Of a DNA stretch of 64,000 nt, positions 40,450-54,276 are shown piece after piece. The position numbers and the translations under genes were made by a program. Source of the DNA: Adineta vaga (Eukaryota; Animalia; Rotifera); assembly GCA_021613535.1 (NCBI GenBank), contig CP075495.1, positions 1,364,001 to 1,428,000 of the forward strand. The letters run 5' to 3'. The first letter of the stretch is position 1. Each line of letters begins with the position of its first letter. The notes beneath the pieces are model-generated. The model saw only the letters and a program-made list of their open reading frames with translations. It was not told the origin of the DNA and did not search any database.

Positions 40450-41700
40450 ATGGTTGAAGAAGATTTTTATTCAGTAAATATATCATCAGCTACTTCTTTG
40501 AACATGGATTATGATTATCAACAAGATAAAAAGGTAATTGTTTAATTCTTAATCATTTCTTTATACACAACTTTTCAGATGATTTATACTTAAATTTAAT
40601 TTGATATATGAAAAGGTTTTTTTTTCTTATAATCAAAATCTTTATTTTTATGAAATTTCTTTGAAATTCGAAAGAAAAATAATATTATATTATATTATGA
40701 AAGATGTCACTAGTTACATTTCGATATGATAAACAATGATTAACCTTGATTTTTTCAATTTAGGATATATCGAAAAGTTTTGCTCTTCTCCGATCTAAAC
40801 TTAATGCTAAAGAAAAAGAATTACTCGAATTACAACGAGCACAACCATCTTTATTAGCACCTGATTCTGAACAAATCGATGAATTAATTAATCTTATATC
40901 ATCTTTACAATTATCAACACAAGAAGGTTCATTTCTTTTTCCTTCAACAATTGCATCTAATGAATCGACTTCAACAGCGACATGTTCAACAGGTGTTGAT
41001 ACAATTAAAACTTTACCATCAAATATCTGGTTACCTGAAGTTTCAAGTCCAATTGAACAAGAACAAACTAAAACTACATATCGTTTACCTATGGTTAGCC
41101 ATCTTTTATCATTACCAGTTAGTGCCTATGTAGCTTCTACATCAAATCGTTCTACAATACCATCAATCGAAGCAAAACCTTATGAACCATCGAATCGTCT
41201 TCCGATGGTTAGTCAATTACTTTCAATGCCTATTAGTGCATTCAAATCAACATCAAATATTCAACAAATAAACGATTCTTCATCAATACAAGTCGAAGAT
41301 AAGAAAGAAAAGTATGTGTTTGATTATGTTATCGTACTTATACATTAACATGATAAAATAATTGAATTTTAGAGTGGTAATTGATAAGAAACTAACATCA
41401 TCAATCGAACCAGTGAAGAGTATTTTTGAAACTGAACCAACATATTCAAAAGAACATTGGCTAAGAAAATCTCCATCCTTAGAATCTGTTTCTCTCGATT
41501 TAGATGAATATATCGAACAAGCAAGTGATAAAATGCGTCGTCTACATTTCGAATATCTTGAAGCATTAGAAAAGTTAAATATTCCATCCAAATCAGAAGA
41601 TTCAACACAAGCAATTAAATCTATATATCCACAAACATTTAATCGAATTAAACAAAATACAACAACAACAAAATCTTCTCGTATTTTTCCCTTAGAATAA
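40450..41700 (+). CDS. Uncharacterised protein with N-terminal coiled coil and a duplicated RLPMVSxLLSxPxSA motif (exons 40450-40533, 40764-41311, 41373-41700)
   Basis: GT-AG introns with compatible phases give one continuous frame. Confidence 0.68.
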
Positions 41701-41770
41701 ATGTAACAGAAATGTTTTTTTATTCATATTAATAAAAATAATCATATAGAAAAGATATCATCATCAATTT

Positions 41771-44263
41771 TTATTTATTGAATAAAGCATAGCGTCGTTG
41801 AATACGTGATAGAAATTGTGTAAATTCTTTTTTATAAATTGGTGATGGGAGAACAAAAACAATAAATATGAGTATTGATGGTAAGAATGAAATGAAATAT
41901 GCTGATAGATATAACCAGAAATAATCAGATGATTTCTTACAATTTAATTTAAATGAAATAACTAAACGTGGTAATGATAAGATTAAAAGAAGAATAGGAC
42001 TTATTAATAGATGTTTATGTTGATTGAACTTAGTCATAAAATGATTTGTAAATTTATGTTGATTTTGTGAAATAACACGTTGATGGGCTGTACCAATAAT
42101 GATAAATAATGCTGAGAATAGATTGATGATAAATGGTGAAAAAAAATGAAAAAATAAACTAAATGAATTATAATTATTTAATAATTCTGAATAGAGAGTC
42201 ACACACCAAGTACGATCTTCTCTTTTATCATAAAATAAACGTAAATTTAATGTTTGTGGAATAAGTAAAATCATATTAATGATAATAACACAAATAATAA
42301 TCCATTCAGCCATTTGTTTACTTGCTTTTTTTCGAAATGAAACACCTTTAAATACTGCAAATGCTCGTTCACTTGCAACACAAGCATTTAACCAATTATT
42401 CACATTTAAGAAAAGTTTCAATAAAGGTTCAATAATCATACAATTAGTAAAACGAATGAATTTTTGTCCAACAAAATCTCGATATGAATAAATAAGAAAC
42501 CAAAATTTCAATGCAAATAAAATCACAATACACAAAGAAATAATTGATGATGCGAATAAATAAATTCCACAACCAACTTCTTGTGATGTTTTATTTTTAA
42601 ATACAATTATTGAAAGAATACTATTACAAATACCTGCTAGAAGTATAATTGTTATTATTAAAGCACATAATTTAATTATAAATGATTGTTTAATTAAATT
42701 AACATTGGATTTAATTTCATAGGTTAAAATTTCATCTAATGTTAAACCTAAACCTTTACTATAGAATTGACATTGATTACCATAGAAACAATCTGTACAT
42801 ACACAAATAATTGTTGATGGACATGTTGGATGATCTTGTAAACATTGACCACCATTGAAACAAGTATGTTTAGATGAACATTGAAGATGATTTTCATTAA
42901 ATTGAAATTGAAAACAATTTGCATGATGATCTTGTGTACAAAAACAAAGATAATATTCATCAATAAAACAAGAGAGAAGAGAATTTCTTTCACATAAAAT
43001 ATGATAAAATTTCATTCGTTGAAAATGTAACATTGTCATCATTGTTGAATTAAATAAAGATTCAATAGGAAAACATTGTTGTAATGGATTGATTTGTGTT
43101 ACGAGATTAAGATTTAGATGTGATTGAAGAACTGCAAGATAATAGTTTTTATTTGATCGAACGACAACAATATGATATGGAATAGATATACGAAAAGTAA
43201 CCATACGTTGAAAAAGTGTTAGTTTTTGTATCATAATTGTTAATGTTGGTTCAGAATCATTTGAAATAGTAAAGAAAAAAGCTAAGAGATAAGATGGAAT
43301 TTCTAAATTTTGTAAAAATATATTCAATTGAGCTTTACGATATTGACATCGAGAACCATAATAATATTCCGAACAAATACAGGAATATTCTTTCGTTGAT
43401 ATACTCATCAGATCCGAAGAAATACATTGTCCATTATTTTCACAAGCATTTTCTGGACATACGGAAGTTAAGGAACATCGACGACCAAATTTCATCAATG
43501 GACAAATACATATCGAACGATTATTCATAGATCCAATACATAAAGAATCTATTGAACAATCATGACAAACGATGGGTATATTACATTGATATCCTGTCCA
43601 TCCCGGAAAACATTGACAGAATGATTTGTCTTCTCTATTGATATATTTCATGCATTGACCATTTTGACATTGGATGGAACAATATGAAATTGAAGATAAG
43701 GATTCCGATGGTATAAATAAAAGTGTAGATATTCGATTGACAGGTAGGAAAAGAAAAGGTATTGATAAATACCAACTTGCATGATAAGTCATCGTATGTT
43801 TTTCATAGATATCAATTTGTACATAATAAGTTTTCGAAAGATCTTTTGGTCGTGTTGAAAATAATAAATAAATATTATATTTCATATCACAACTTTGACT
43901 TGGAATATATTCTATAAGTTCATAAGAATGAATATCTTTTAATGAACTATTATTATTATCATTGATTAACATTAGAATAAGAATATAAACATCGTATCGT
44001 TCTGAACTAATCATTCCTATTGTCAAACTAATTCGTTCATTTTGATATTGACAAAAATCACCATAATAACTTGGTGGACACATACAACGATATTGATTTT
44101 TTGTTGATTTTATTCTAATAGTTAATCCGCGATTACAAGACCATGGTGATATCGAAGAAATCTTTTGTGAATCATGATATTCTCGAATGATATGTTGTTC
44201 AAATTTCCATGGAAATGTTTGATTGAATGCGATTTGTTGAGGATAATTTGATGATGTATGAAT
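41771..44263 (-). pseudogene. EGF-repeat plus 7TM GPCR (lineage-expanded family), 5'-truncated
   Basis: Multiple EGF motifs (CMCPPSYYGDFCQ, CQCFPGWTGYQC, CVCTDCFYGNQCQ) then a 7TM domain with ASERA. No signal peptide or true start; the first four ORF codons come from the adjacent element. Confidence 0.75.
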
Positions 44264-44402
44264 TAGGGGTGGCACATTTACTTTACTCTGGAGTTACGTA
44301 ACTACAAAAAAGTAACTATTTCAGTTACTGAGTTACTAGTAACTGGTAACTACTTTAGTTACTCAGTTACTAGTGACTAGTAAATAACTGATAGTAACTC
44401 CA
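44264..44402. mobile_element. hAT-like MITE end with a GTAACT/AGTTAC palindromic array
   Basis: Begins TAGGGGTGGCAC, carries many GTAACT/AGTTAC units, and has a TGGAGTTAC...GTAACTCCA inverted repeat. Only one terminus is visible. Confidence 0.55.
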
Positions 44403-46467
44403 TGATTAATGCGATTATATATAAATGTAATTGTATTTTAACATCAGCTTGTTACACAAGTGCAGAAATTACTCGTACTACACCTCCAGAAGGAATAAAG
44501 GCAGTATATGAATTTTCAAATTTCTTTGTTGTTTGTTATTTCTTGAAATCTTTATTTCCATCAACATTAGAATGTTTTTATAATATATCATGTTTAGTAA
44601 TCGTTCATAAACATTTACGTTCTCAAAATAATTTTAGTTTTATTCCTCACGATACAAGTTTGAATTTATATAATGAAACAATGGAAATAATCATTAATCG
44701 CCCAGACAAGTAAAAAATTGATGTTGACTACCGACATGACTAGTCCATTAACAATAATAATAATAAAATACGAAGTAGATTCGAACGTCTGATTCACCAA
44801 CCTTCAATGTCTGACGGGCGTCCTGACGATAGACCATGTCGTCAAAATGGACTCGCGTCGTCGTCTTATACAAATTAAGTACGAGGAAGACTCCGTCTAA
44901 CTACTAGTCAATTAAAACCAAACTTGATTAGTCCGAAGTGTCGCAAGTAGTACCTGATATCAGTTTGGAACGTCATTTGAGAGTATCGTGACTATAGTCC
45001 TTCTTTCTAACATGTTTTGTCAGACTAATCTGTACTCAAAAAATATAAAGTTGATTGCATTTTATTCACATTCATATCAGAAAGAATAATAGTGTTTTAC
45101 AAGAAGAAAATGTACAAATACAAATAGAAGAAAATTAAGTTTAAAAAATATAGGCTATCGTAGAGCTTTTACTCTATCTACAAAACTTAATAATTATTTT
45201 GATAATTCTATGGAAAAAATATTTGCACTTGAAATAAGTTTCAACTTGTTATCCGAGACAAATTACTGTTTTATTGAAATACGTACTTTTATCAGATGAC
45301 CATTACGGAGAAAAGCTCGTAATTATGTGAATTTTTTCGAATTTATCTTATTAAGTCATATCTAAAGTTCTTTTTATTTTTCGATGGGAATATTTTTACT
45401 TCATCTCAAAAAGTAAAGAACATCAGATAAAATTGTTTTTAACCATATTCTAAAATCACTACGAATATGTAGAAGTAGATATCTTGATGATATGGCTCAA
45501 TGATCTGAACGATGGGTAAGTAACACATAGCATGCATGTTCGAATCTAGCCTTCATCCTTATATAATTTAATCTAGACTAGTCCGGACTAGACCATCCAC
45601 TCATTATAACTAACCTAGGTACTACTAACGACACACTTACTTTTTTATTATAGGCCTATATGGGGTCGGGCATCATGTCTGATATTTGTATGAGCAATGA
45701 CTACCGTCAATGATATAGTCAGGACTGGAAAAAAGACTCGTCTTTTGCTTGTCTGGGCGACTAATGCTTGATGAATGGTTATTTAAAGTCTCTTTTTCAT
45801 CGTATTATAATATATGTTCACCATTATCGTGTACATATCAATATGAAGATTGAAACCATCTTTTCGTTAGTATTACAACTATTATAAGTATCTTTGGTGG
45901 ATTATCTTTAGTATTAAAACTTTTATTCATCATTGGACTTGAATTTATTGATAAAATTGATACAGTTTCTTTGAGTTTAATCAAACAAATCTTTATTTGT
46001 CATCATGAAAAACAAATTGTTCGTCGATTACATATTATTTTAGTTAGTGGAATTCTTACTGTATGTTACATGTTTTCTGCTTTTACTCCTCGTATAATAA
46101 CTAATCAGACAAATAAACCTTCATTAGAAATTTATCAAGATCTATCTAAACAATCTTCTGATATATTCGAATGTTCTTGTTCACATCTTTCAATTAAATA
46201 TGAAATATTTTTAAATTTAACAGCTCGTTTTCATGAAATTTGTTCAAATGATTTAATTAGTGATCAATGGATTTCATATTTATATGAGAAGAGAAGTGCT
46301 GATTATCAATATTCTGTGTAGGATTTTTATTATTCAACTGTTGGACAGTTTCAATTACTTTCATCATTTTGTAATTTATCGAATGAAATAGTTGAAGATT
46401 CAATTTTTCAATTTCAAACAAGTGATTTTATTAATAATCAACTTTTATTATTTGAATTCTTGAATAT
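44403..46467 (+). pseudogene. Fragment of a Cys-rich membrane protein family (CxCxxxxxC...STLECFYN...YYxxCxPxxCxY), split by a transposon
   Basis: Removing 44701-45759 restores IINRLMLDEW...YYNICSPLSCTY. In-frame stops near 45851 and 46319; 5' part missing. Confidence 0.72.
44701..45757. mobile_element. Non-autonomous CACTA/EnSpm-like DNA transposon, 1057 bp
   Basis: TIRs CCCAGACAAG(T/C)AAAA at both ends; 2-bp TSD (CG); excision restores the host frame; subterminal GACTAGTC-like repeats. Confidence 0.85.
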
Positions 46468-48003
46468 AGGGAGAGATAGAGAACACATGATGAACATATA
46501 ATATGACGTCATACACAACAAAAGAAAACATATGTATATGTATAGACCGAAAAGAATATATAGGATAATTCCTTATGGAATATCATAGGAAATATTCCAT
46601 CACAGCATCAAAATGAATTTCTTTTCAATACAGCAGCCATATATCACGAACATTGTTCTCGAGATGTTTAAGACGATTTCTAGCTACATAATTATTAATT
46701 CCTATAACCACCGCTAAATTTTCTTCAGTATTCGTAATAGGCATAATATGCGTAATAAACGTTATAATAGAAATGATCAAAATAGAAAGCAAGATTTTGA
46801 GTCGATGAGTTCTATCGTCGATTTTTCAATTCTAAAATACAATCGAAACAGAATTCGAAGTACTTTCTCACTTTGTTTCTCGGACAAATGTTTTTTTTAA
46901 TGAAGATACAATACAATATAAACTAGTTTTAGTAGAGAATGCGGGTGAAATCTACGTCGTAATTGATAGCAATGAGGACATGTTTTCATAAAGAAGTTTT
47001 AGTGATAATTCAGGCCAATGGATTCAGTGCTTAATCCAAAGAATATTCGGTGAGATCTGATTGTCGCATTCTTATCGGGAAAATGACTTTTTGTAATAGC
47101 AGATTAATATCCATTGACATTTCCAATAAAGCAGTAATCGAGTTATTTACTTAATTCATCGCTTAAATAAATTTAAGACATTGTTTTCTCGAAATATTTG
47201 ATTAAATTCAAATTTGTCACAAATCCAAATTCTCCATAAATTTGATCTAAAGTATTCTGACAATGATCAGCTTCTCTTGGGATATATTTTCACAAGTGTT
47301 TGAAAAACTTCTTAGAATAAAGAAACAGTTCAAATATAACCAAATCTGTCAATTTATAATTAACGACCACCAATCGACCAAAGAATTGGAATCTCATCAG
47401 TCTATAAAAACAGAATACAAGAAAATGAAAATAGATACCTTTTTAGGAGGAGGTGATTGTTTATGATGTATTTGAGCGTTATGTCTCTTGTATTCTTTTG
47501 AAATTTGCTTTTTCTTTGTTTGATTCTCTGATTATCGTTTTCAATCAAGCCTGTTTTATTTTTATATTATTTCTTTTTCTTTTTTTCATCTACATATCTT
47601 AATTCATACTTTTACAACCGTTTTATTTTTAACAATTGTTATTCTGTTCGATATCGACTGAATAAAGTGATATCTGCATTTTTTTTTCTTCATTTCTACG
47701 ATCTATTTTATCTGTTCTTCGTAACTGCGGATACAACCAAAGCGAAGTCACTGAGATTTTTTAATTTTGTTTCTTGTCTGGTAACGTGACAAGATACATG
47801 CGAATGCAAGCAACATTTTTCTTTCATGTATGTTAAAAATTCTCCGACACTTGTTTGTAACAGAAAAACAACACCATCACAATATTCACAATCAAATTAA
47901 TTTTACGATGATGCGAGCTGCATGACTTACAGTATAAAATATAATGACTAGCGTGCCATATAGATACAGAATGATTCTTGTAATATTATATAATGATACT
48001 TCA

Positions 48004-48113
48004 TAAGGTCAAATATGGTCTGTAATAGCAAATAATATCATTTAACAATACCAATACTATAATGGTATTCTTACATCTCTAATACTAATCAATACTCATA
48101 TGGTGCGACCTTA
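48004..48113. mobile_element. Possible small PIF/Harbinger-like MITE remnant
   Basis: TAA-GGTC...GACC-TTA ends with weak further inverted similarity (ATATG/CATAT). Confidence 0.3.
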
Positions 48114-48213
48114 ACTGAATATATGTAGTATATATCGTATTAGTACTGTGGTACAAAAAAACAAGATATATTTTACATTTAATTTTATTAAACAAATCAA
48201 AAGAGAGTTCTAT

Positions 48214-50216
48214 TTATAATAACAATGGAAAAAAACTATAGAATTCTGTAGTATGTACCAACGGTATGAATATTAGTAATTGTTTTATTTTAGCACAATT
48301 GCGTCGTGTTTGTTTTCTGGTAAAATTATTTGTAACAATTCTTAAGTTATTATAAACGACTCTTAGTTTTGTTAGACATGGTACATACGTCTTTGTTTCA
48401 TTTAAAAATTGCTCAATATAATCAATATTTCCACATAGAATGTCAAGATAGGTAAGATGAGGATATTTAGCAATTTCGTATGATTGACTATCAGTAAATT
48501 GACATGATTGTGATTCCCTATTAAAAATACGCAAAGTCATTAGTAATGGAAAAGCTCGAGCAAGTTGAATGAAGAATTCTCGATTGAATGGAATCACATC
48601 TCGTGCCACCAAATATGTAACATAATTAAATCTGATATTTGGAATCATATGACCAATATCTTGAAGATGATCAAATGTAAAGGGAATTGAGAAGACAGAA
48701 CATGTAATTTGTTCACAACTAGAATGATTGATAATACTAACTACATGATGTTGTCCGATATTGGTAAATGTTCGTTGAATATCTTCACTAGATAATTGGT
48801 CTTGTAAACCATCAGTATTGATATAAGTACAAATATAGAAAGTGAACGAATGAAGATGTGGCATATGAACAAGAATTTCATTTTGAAGAAGAGTACCGTC
48901 GACAAATCTATCCTGATCTTTTATACGAAGATATAAAGTTAATTTTTCCAAATTTGACATACGACGAAAAAGAGGTAGAAGATTAGTATCATATAGATTA
49001 ATTCGAAAATCACATTTTAAAGAGAAACATGTCATATGAGGTAAATTATCCTAAAAATAAAAATAAATATCCCTTGATCAAGATAAAAAAACATTAGTCA
49101 ATTAGTTCTAAGCAGACAAACAAAATTTCGAAAATTGCATATGACCGAGCTAGTTAAGCGTGTGAGGGTAGGAATGAGCATGTTGTGGATTTGAAATGAT
49201 GTATTCTGTTTTGAACTCTTCGTTCACATTTTCATGTGCATCTTTTGTGAAACAGGAAACTAATTTTATGACGATTTTTCTACTCTCATCAAGTCCTACT
49301 AATTACCAGATTATGACCTCTAATGTTATAAATAAATCAAAAGTGTACCGAATAAGTAGTCAATTTCATTTCATAATCAAATACATTTGTTACAACTCAC
49401 CGTTTTGTGAATGATCGATAACGAGCTGTCTATGTAACCTATTCGAACATTAAGTGTAATCAATTGTTTGAGTCTACCATCAAGTAAATAAAGACAATCG
49501 TCTAAACTGCACACATCGATAGATAAATAAGTAAGAATCGAAGAGTGGAAAGTATTCGGTGGTAAATAAACAAGTGACAAGTACGGATTTGACATCTTGA
49601 CTGATCCAATAATATTCAAATGTTTCAAGTTTTTAAAGAACTTCAAAATACGTTCATATACATCTACAGTATAATTGTTCGATGGTTCTGTCAGCTTGTC
49701 TGTGTCATGATTTACAAGAATAAGATGTGTAATTTGTTCTTGAAAGATATGTCGAAGAGGTGATCCATCTAAATAAAACAATAATATACTTCGTTTAGAC
49801 TGTTTTCATTTAATATCAGTCTTGTTTTTGTTATTCCACTTACTTGTAAGATAAGGTAAAACGAATTCTTGTTTGAAATTGCAAAGTTTTAGTTTGGTCA
49901 GATTTGGATAGTCGCTAGCAAAAAGAACACATTCCATCAAATCTGGTTTCAGAATAAAATATTTGACATTCTCATGAATTTTTGGTAATATATCGATGCA
50001 AAAATATTTGAGTTTGAAGCGATCAATTGAAGACATAGGATCGAACGATACAAAATCAAGGATGTTACTGAAGATTTTTTCTTTTGCTAGAATGTCAAGT
50101 CGTTCATCGTTAATATTCAATAACGAATAAAGAACATCAGTATTGCTGAGTTTTTTCAAAATGATAAGTAGTAACTCGTCGGGTAGATCCAGAAGACAAA
50201 CACCAAATTGATTCAT
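48214..50216 (-). CDS. F-box plus LRR-like protein, three exons, apparently intact
   Basis: LLDLPDELLLIILKKLSNTDVLYSL start, DDCLYLLDGRL and LFRRMSNLEKLTLYL motifs. Both introns are phase-compatible. Confidence 0.85.
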
Positions 50217-51129
50217 ATTTTATTTTGACTTGAATAGATGAATTCAGTAAGAAAAGTATGATGTCGATGTATCATTGATTAGAGTAATATTCGGCGAATA
50301 ATATTTCCTTTCGTTCAATTTCTCATATTCAAATAAATATAGTCGTGTCGTCACCTTTGTGATCGTCGCCTATATGAAAACGAATGAAGACATTTCATGA
50401 AGAAAAAGAAAGAAAATGTTTCATTGCATAATTGTACAAGGTCAAAGGCTCCAAACAGACTAGACTAAAACAAAAAGAATTAAGCAACGTGATTGACATA
50501 TTAACACTCAAATTATTTTCATGAGATGAGTTATTGATTAATTCAGTTTCAATTCGTCTAGTCTGTTTGAAGCCAACGCGAGATGAATGAGCCAACTAAC
50601 ATCAAATAAAAACACAATAATGTACTTGAGGACAGCCCATGTCATCCCATTTAATCTAAAGTCCTTCTTAACACCCACTGTTGATGGATGAGAGATAAAT
50701 TTTCTGATGGAGTTCGATTTTTGAATCTTAATCTCATTTCCGAGAAACCTGACATTTAATGAGACCAATATTGCCATCAGTATTGTTTATCCAAACGATT
50801 ACGCAAAACAAGATTAAAATGGAATAATGCTTCTATCGTCTGTAGAATCTTCAATCTATCAAAAAAAAAATTTTTCAGTATTGAGAATCGAGTATCTTTC
50901 CACTATGTAAACGATAGGGATCTGATGTATTTTAGAATTTTTCTACTATGTGATAGTGAGTGACAATGGAAATGTCTCTGTTGATAAGCAGGCGTGGTTT
51001 GCTTACCTAAATAGCCACTGTATGACAAGTATTACGTACAAGACCAATGAATGAAATAGTATAACTCTAAAGAGTTTTGATAATAAGCACACTACCTGGA
51101 TAACAGATTCGACTATATTCATCGATCGA

Positions 51130-52025
51130 CTGTCGATCAGGATACGATGCAGTTCGTTTAAGTATTCTTGGAGTTTTGAAAATCGCAGTTACCGTTGAAC
51201 CGCCTCAACTTGTAGAACATGCCGAATCGCTACATGCAGTTCGTTGACACACATTATAGCTGCAGTAACAATACTGGAAAGAATTACTGCTGCAATTTTT
51301 ACATTTAATCGCTCTTTTTTTAAATTAATCTTTCGTTCATTTTCAGTTGTCTATTTGCTTGGATAAGATTGATATAAATGAGATACACATCTGTCTTCTT
51401 CATCTGATCGTCGTTTACGAGATCCGAATGTGCAAGCTGGCTATCGACAACGCACACCATCACCTACGTTACCGTCTGTAAAAGGCATCGTGATTTGAGT
51501 TGTTCTATTGACAACTAAATATTGTGAAGAAACTACAGTTCCAACAGGTGCTGTGTTTATAAAATCATTTGGTCGCATTAAAAGATCAATGAAAGTGTCA
51601 ACTATGCCCATTGAAGATTACTTTTAAAAGAATTATTTAATACTACTCAGGTGGATCTATCATTGTCAAGATAAAAATGAGCAGCTGCACTTGAATCTTA
51701 TGTTATAGATCGTTGACTTGTCGTTTTTGTTCATGATGAACTGACTAGTTTTGTTGAATAACCACCATCAGTTGAATAATCAATGATGCACGTTAAATTA
51801 ATATTTCGAGTGGTTCGACGACTAGTCGAAATAGGTATATTATTACTACACGTTATGGTTAGATAAGTCCATGAATACGGTTGAATGATGCTTATTGGCA
51901 CTGATCTTGAACTGCTGTAAAATTTGACCGGTTCTTATCGAATGGTTTCACCAATGCAATGTGTATTTTCACTAACCATATACTAAACGAATAAAGAAGA
52001 AGTTAACCAATCATTTTCTACTCAT
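51130..52025 (-). pseudogene. Decayed gene of a secreted/cell-surface protein family
   Basis: Fragments QPYSWTY..ITC, NINLTCI.D.STDGGYS, IDL.MRPNDFINTAP, TDGNVGDGVRCR*, a furin-like RKRR and a Cys-rich segment, with stops and frameshifts. Boundaries approximate. Confidence 0.6.
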
Positions 52026-54276
52026 TTTTTCCAACAAACGAAAATCAAAAATAGATTAAAAATTTTGTTATTTCAATGGTTGTGATTAGTGAACTGTATC
52101 CAATTCGGCAGGAGAACTGCACTATCTCATCATTTCGCATCTATATATATTCTTCGACTATGTACGTTGAAATGTTCCAACTTTAAAAGATTAAAACTCG
52201 CTTCATTTTGCTCGTATAGACTTAAAGAACTAATTAATAGCTATAAGATCAAAACCAAATAATGTATTCCTATCAGAAATGATCAGACAGGATATACAAA
52301 TAAATCCGACATTCGTTTAGAACTTCTACCAAAAATAGTCACAATAAAATAAGTCAAATCAATACCGGACGATTATTCCAGAATCAATTAAAACAATATC
52401 TAAACACTAAATCAAGAGGGAAACAGCGAACTTAAAGTCTAAAACTACAATCAAGTACAAAAGTAATTCAAAATACTGCAAAGTAGCTTGAAGTTGGACA
52501 AAGTATTTAGAAAGTACTTCGAATTACGTCTAGATGCTGGAAAAATATTTTAAATTACGCACAAATACTTTGAAGTATTTCAAAGTAGCATAAGGTAACT
52601 TCAAATCCAAAAGTCCTCTGTTTCCTTCTTACATTAAATACATATCATTTTGTTATATGTTATGTTGACTGTTAGTTGTAAGAGGATTTAGGTTGTTTAA
52701 TCACTTAGTTGTTTCTAAGAGAAAGAAAGCGGAAGATTTCTAATTATTTCCACATTCTCTGTTTTCATTCATGCGTTCGAAGAAACTATAAATATAAGAA
52801 ATCATACTAACTATCTATAGCAATAAAAGTCTCATCACCAATAATATGAAGAGATATTAAATAGTGATTACGTCATAGAAATCCGACTTGTTTCTTCTGA
52901 CAAGACATGCTTACTCGTGTGACTACACTGATACATACGTATCAAATATAACTTCTGTTATATTCGGTATTGTTTTAACATGATTACTTCTATATTTTGA
53001 CAAAACTCGGAAAAAATCATTTTAACAAAATGTTACTGAAACTATACTTAGAAAACAATGCATTTCAATTTTTTTAATTAGATTGAATATCATTGTCGAT
53101 GCTCTTCCTTGTAGAATGAAGTTTAGTATTCAATAATTGTTACTCTTTACTGTATACATTGAATGAAATGTTTTAGTTAAGTATAGTGAACATGATAAGA
53201 TATGAGGAAAGAAAGAATTTTCCGACTAATTTCGATTTCCAATTGAATTCATATTGACATAACTTTTTATACGATATTGTTATTTGATATATTTTGAATT
53301 GTTTACATCGATTTGATAGAGTAAATAAAAAACGATTGGGAAATCTTCATCTGGATTTTTTTCTTCTATACACATACGTAGAGAAAAATCTATGTAAAAT
53401 TTTCTGAACCGTTTTCCCGTGAATACAAATATCATCATTCGATGCAGAATTAAATTCTACATCGAATGAACTAGTTTGTGTAGACGGGAATTCATTTTTA
53501 CAAAAATTTTCAGCTAAATTTTGGTTTTTGGTGCTAGCTTTGTAGTGCTAGCTTCACAATGATTCATATACTCTATAATTTTGGTCAAATGTATATCTTT
53601 TCTGCTAGAAGAGAAAGTTTTTATCTGAAAACATCAAGTATTAAAAAATAAAGAAAAAGAATTCATTCAGTTTTTTGTGTGGACTCAATAGTTATTTGTC
53701 TAATTATGATAATGGATAATATCGGTTTACAATCGATTATTTTTAAATTTTCAAGCTCGTCTTTCGAATGACGCTTGAAAATGTCTACATTTTTATCTTG
53801 ATTATGATGCAACACTCATTTGAATTCTTATTGTTTGGATACTGTGAAATTGTTCAAAGGTTATAGATGACTATTATATGAATTCGATATTTTTTGCAAA
53901 TATATTTAGAACATTTCAATCAAAAATTGATCAAATCAATTCAGACAAAGTTTATCATTAATTATGCCAGTTCTTTTCGACTAATGCCAAATATTATTTG
54001 TTAATTCATGTCAAAAATAAAATAATCCTATCTTTGTTGAAATACCAATATATTATATGAAAGAAAATTTCCATTTAATGTAAATATGACAATTATATAC
54101 TTCCTCAATATATTCATAGTCAAAAAATCAGTGATCAATATGTCATTGGTTCAATGAAAGAGGTGTGATAATATATGCGTCGATGATATATTTTAGAAGA
54201 ATGTGCATGGCAATCGATGGATTTAGAACGGCGGTTAACATCGATTTCTCAAACAAAACAAAATCGACCTATTAGA

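Noticed and set aside
46468-47480. Possible insertion or decayed coding sequence
   Set aside because: No recognisable family, ends or sustained reading frame.
52430-52610. AAGTA-rich repeat cluster, possible MITE remnant
   Set aside because: No definable termini or TSD.
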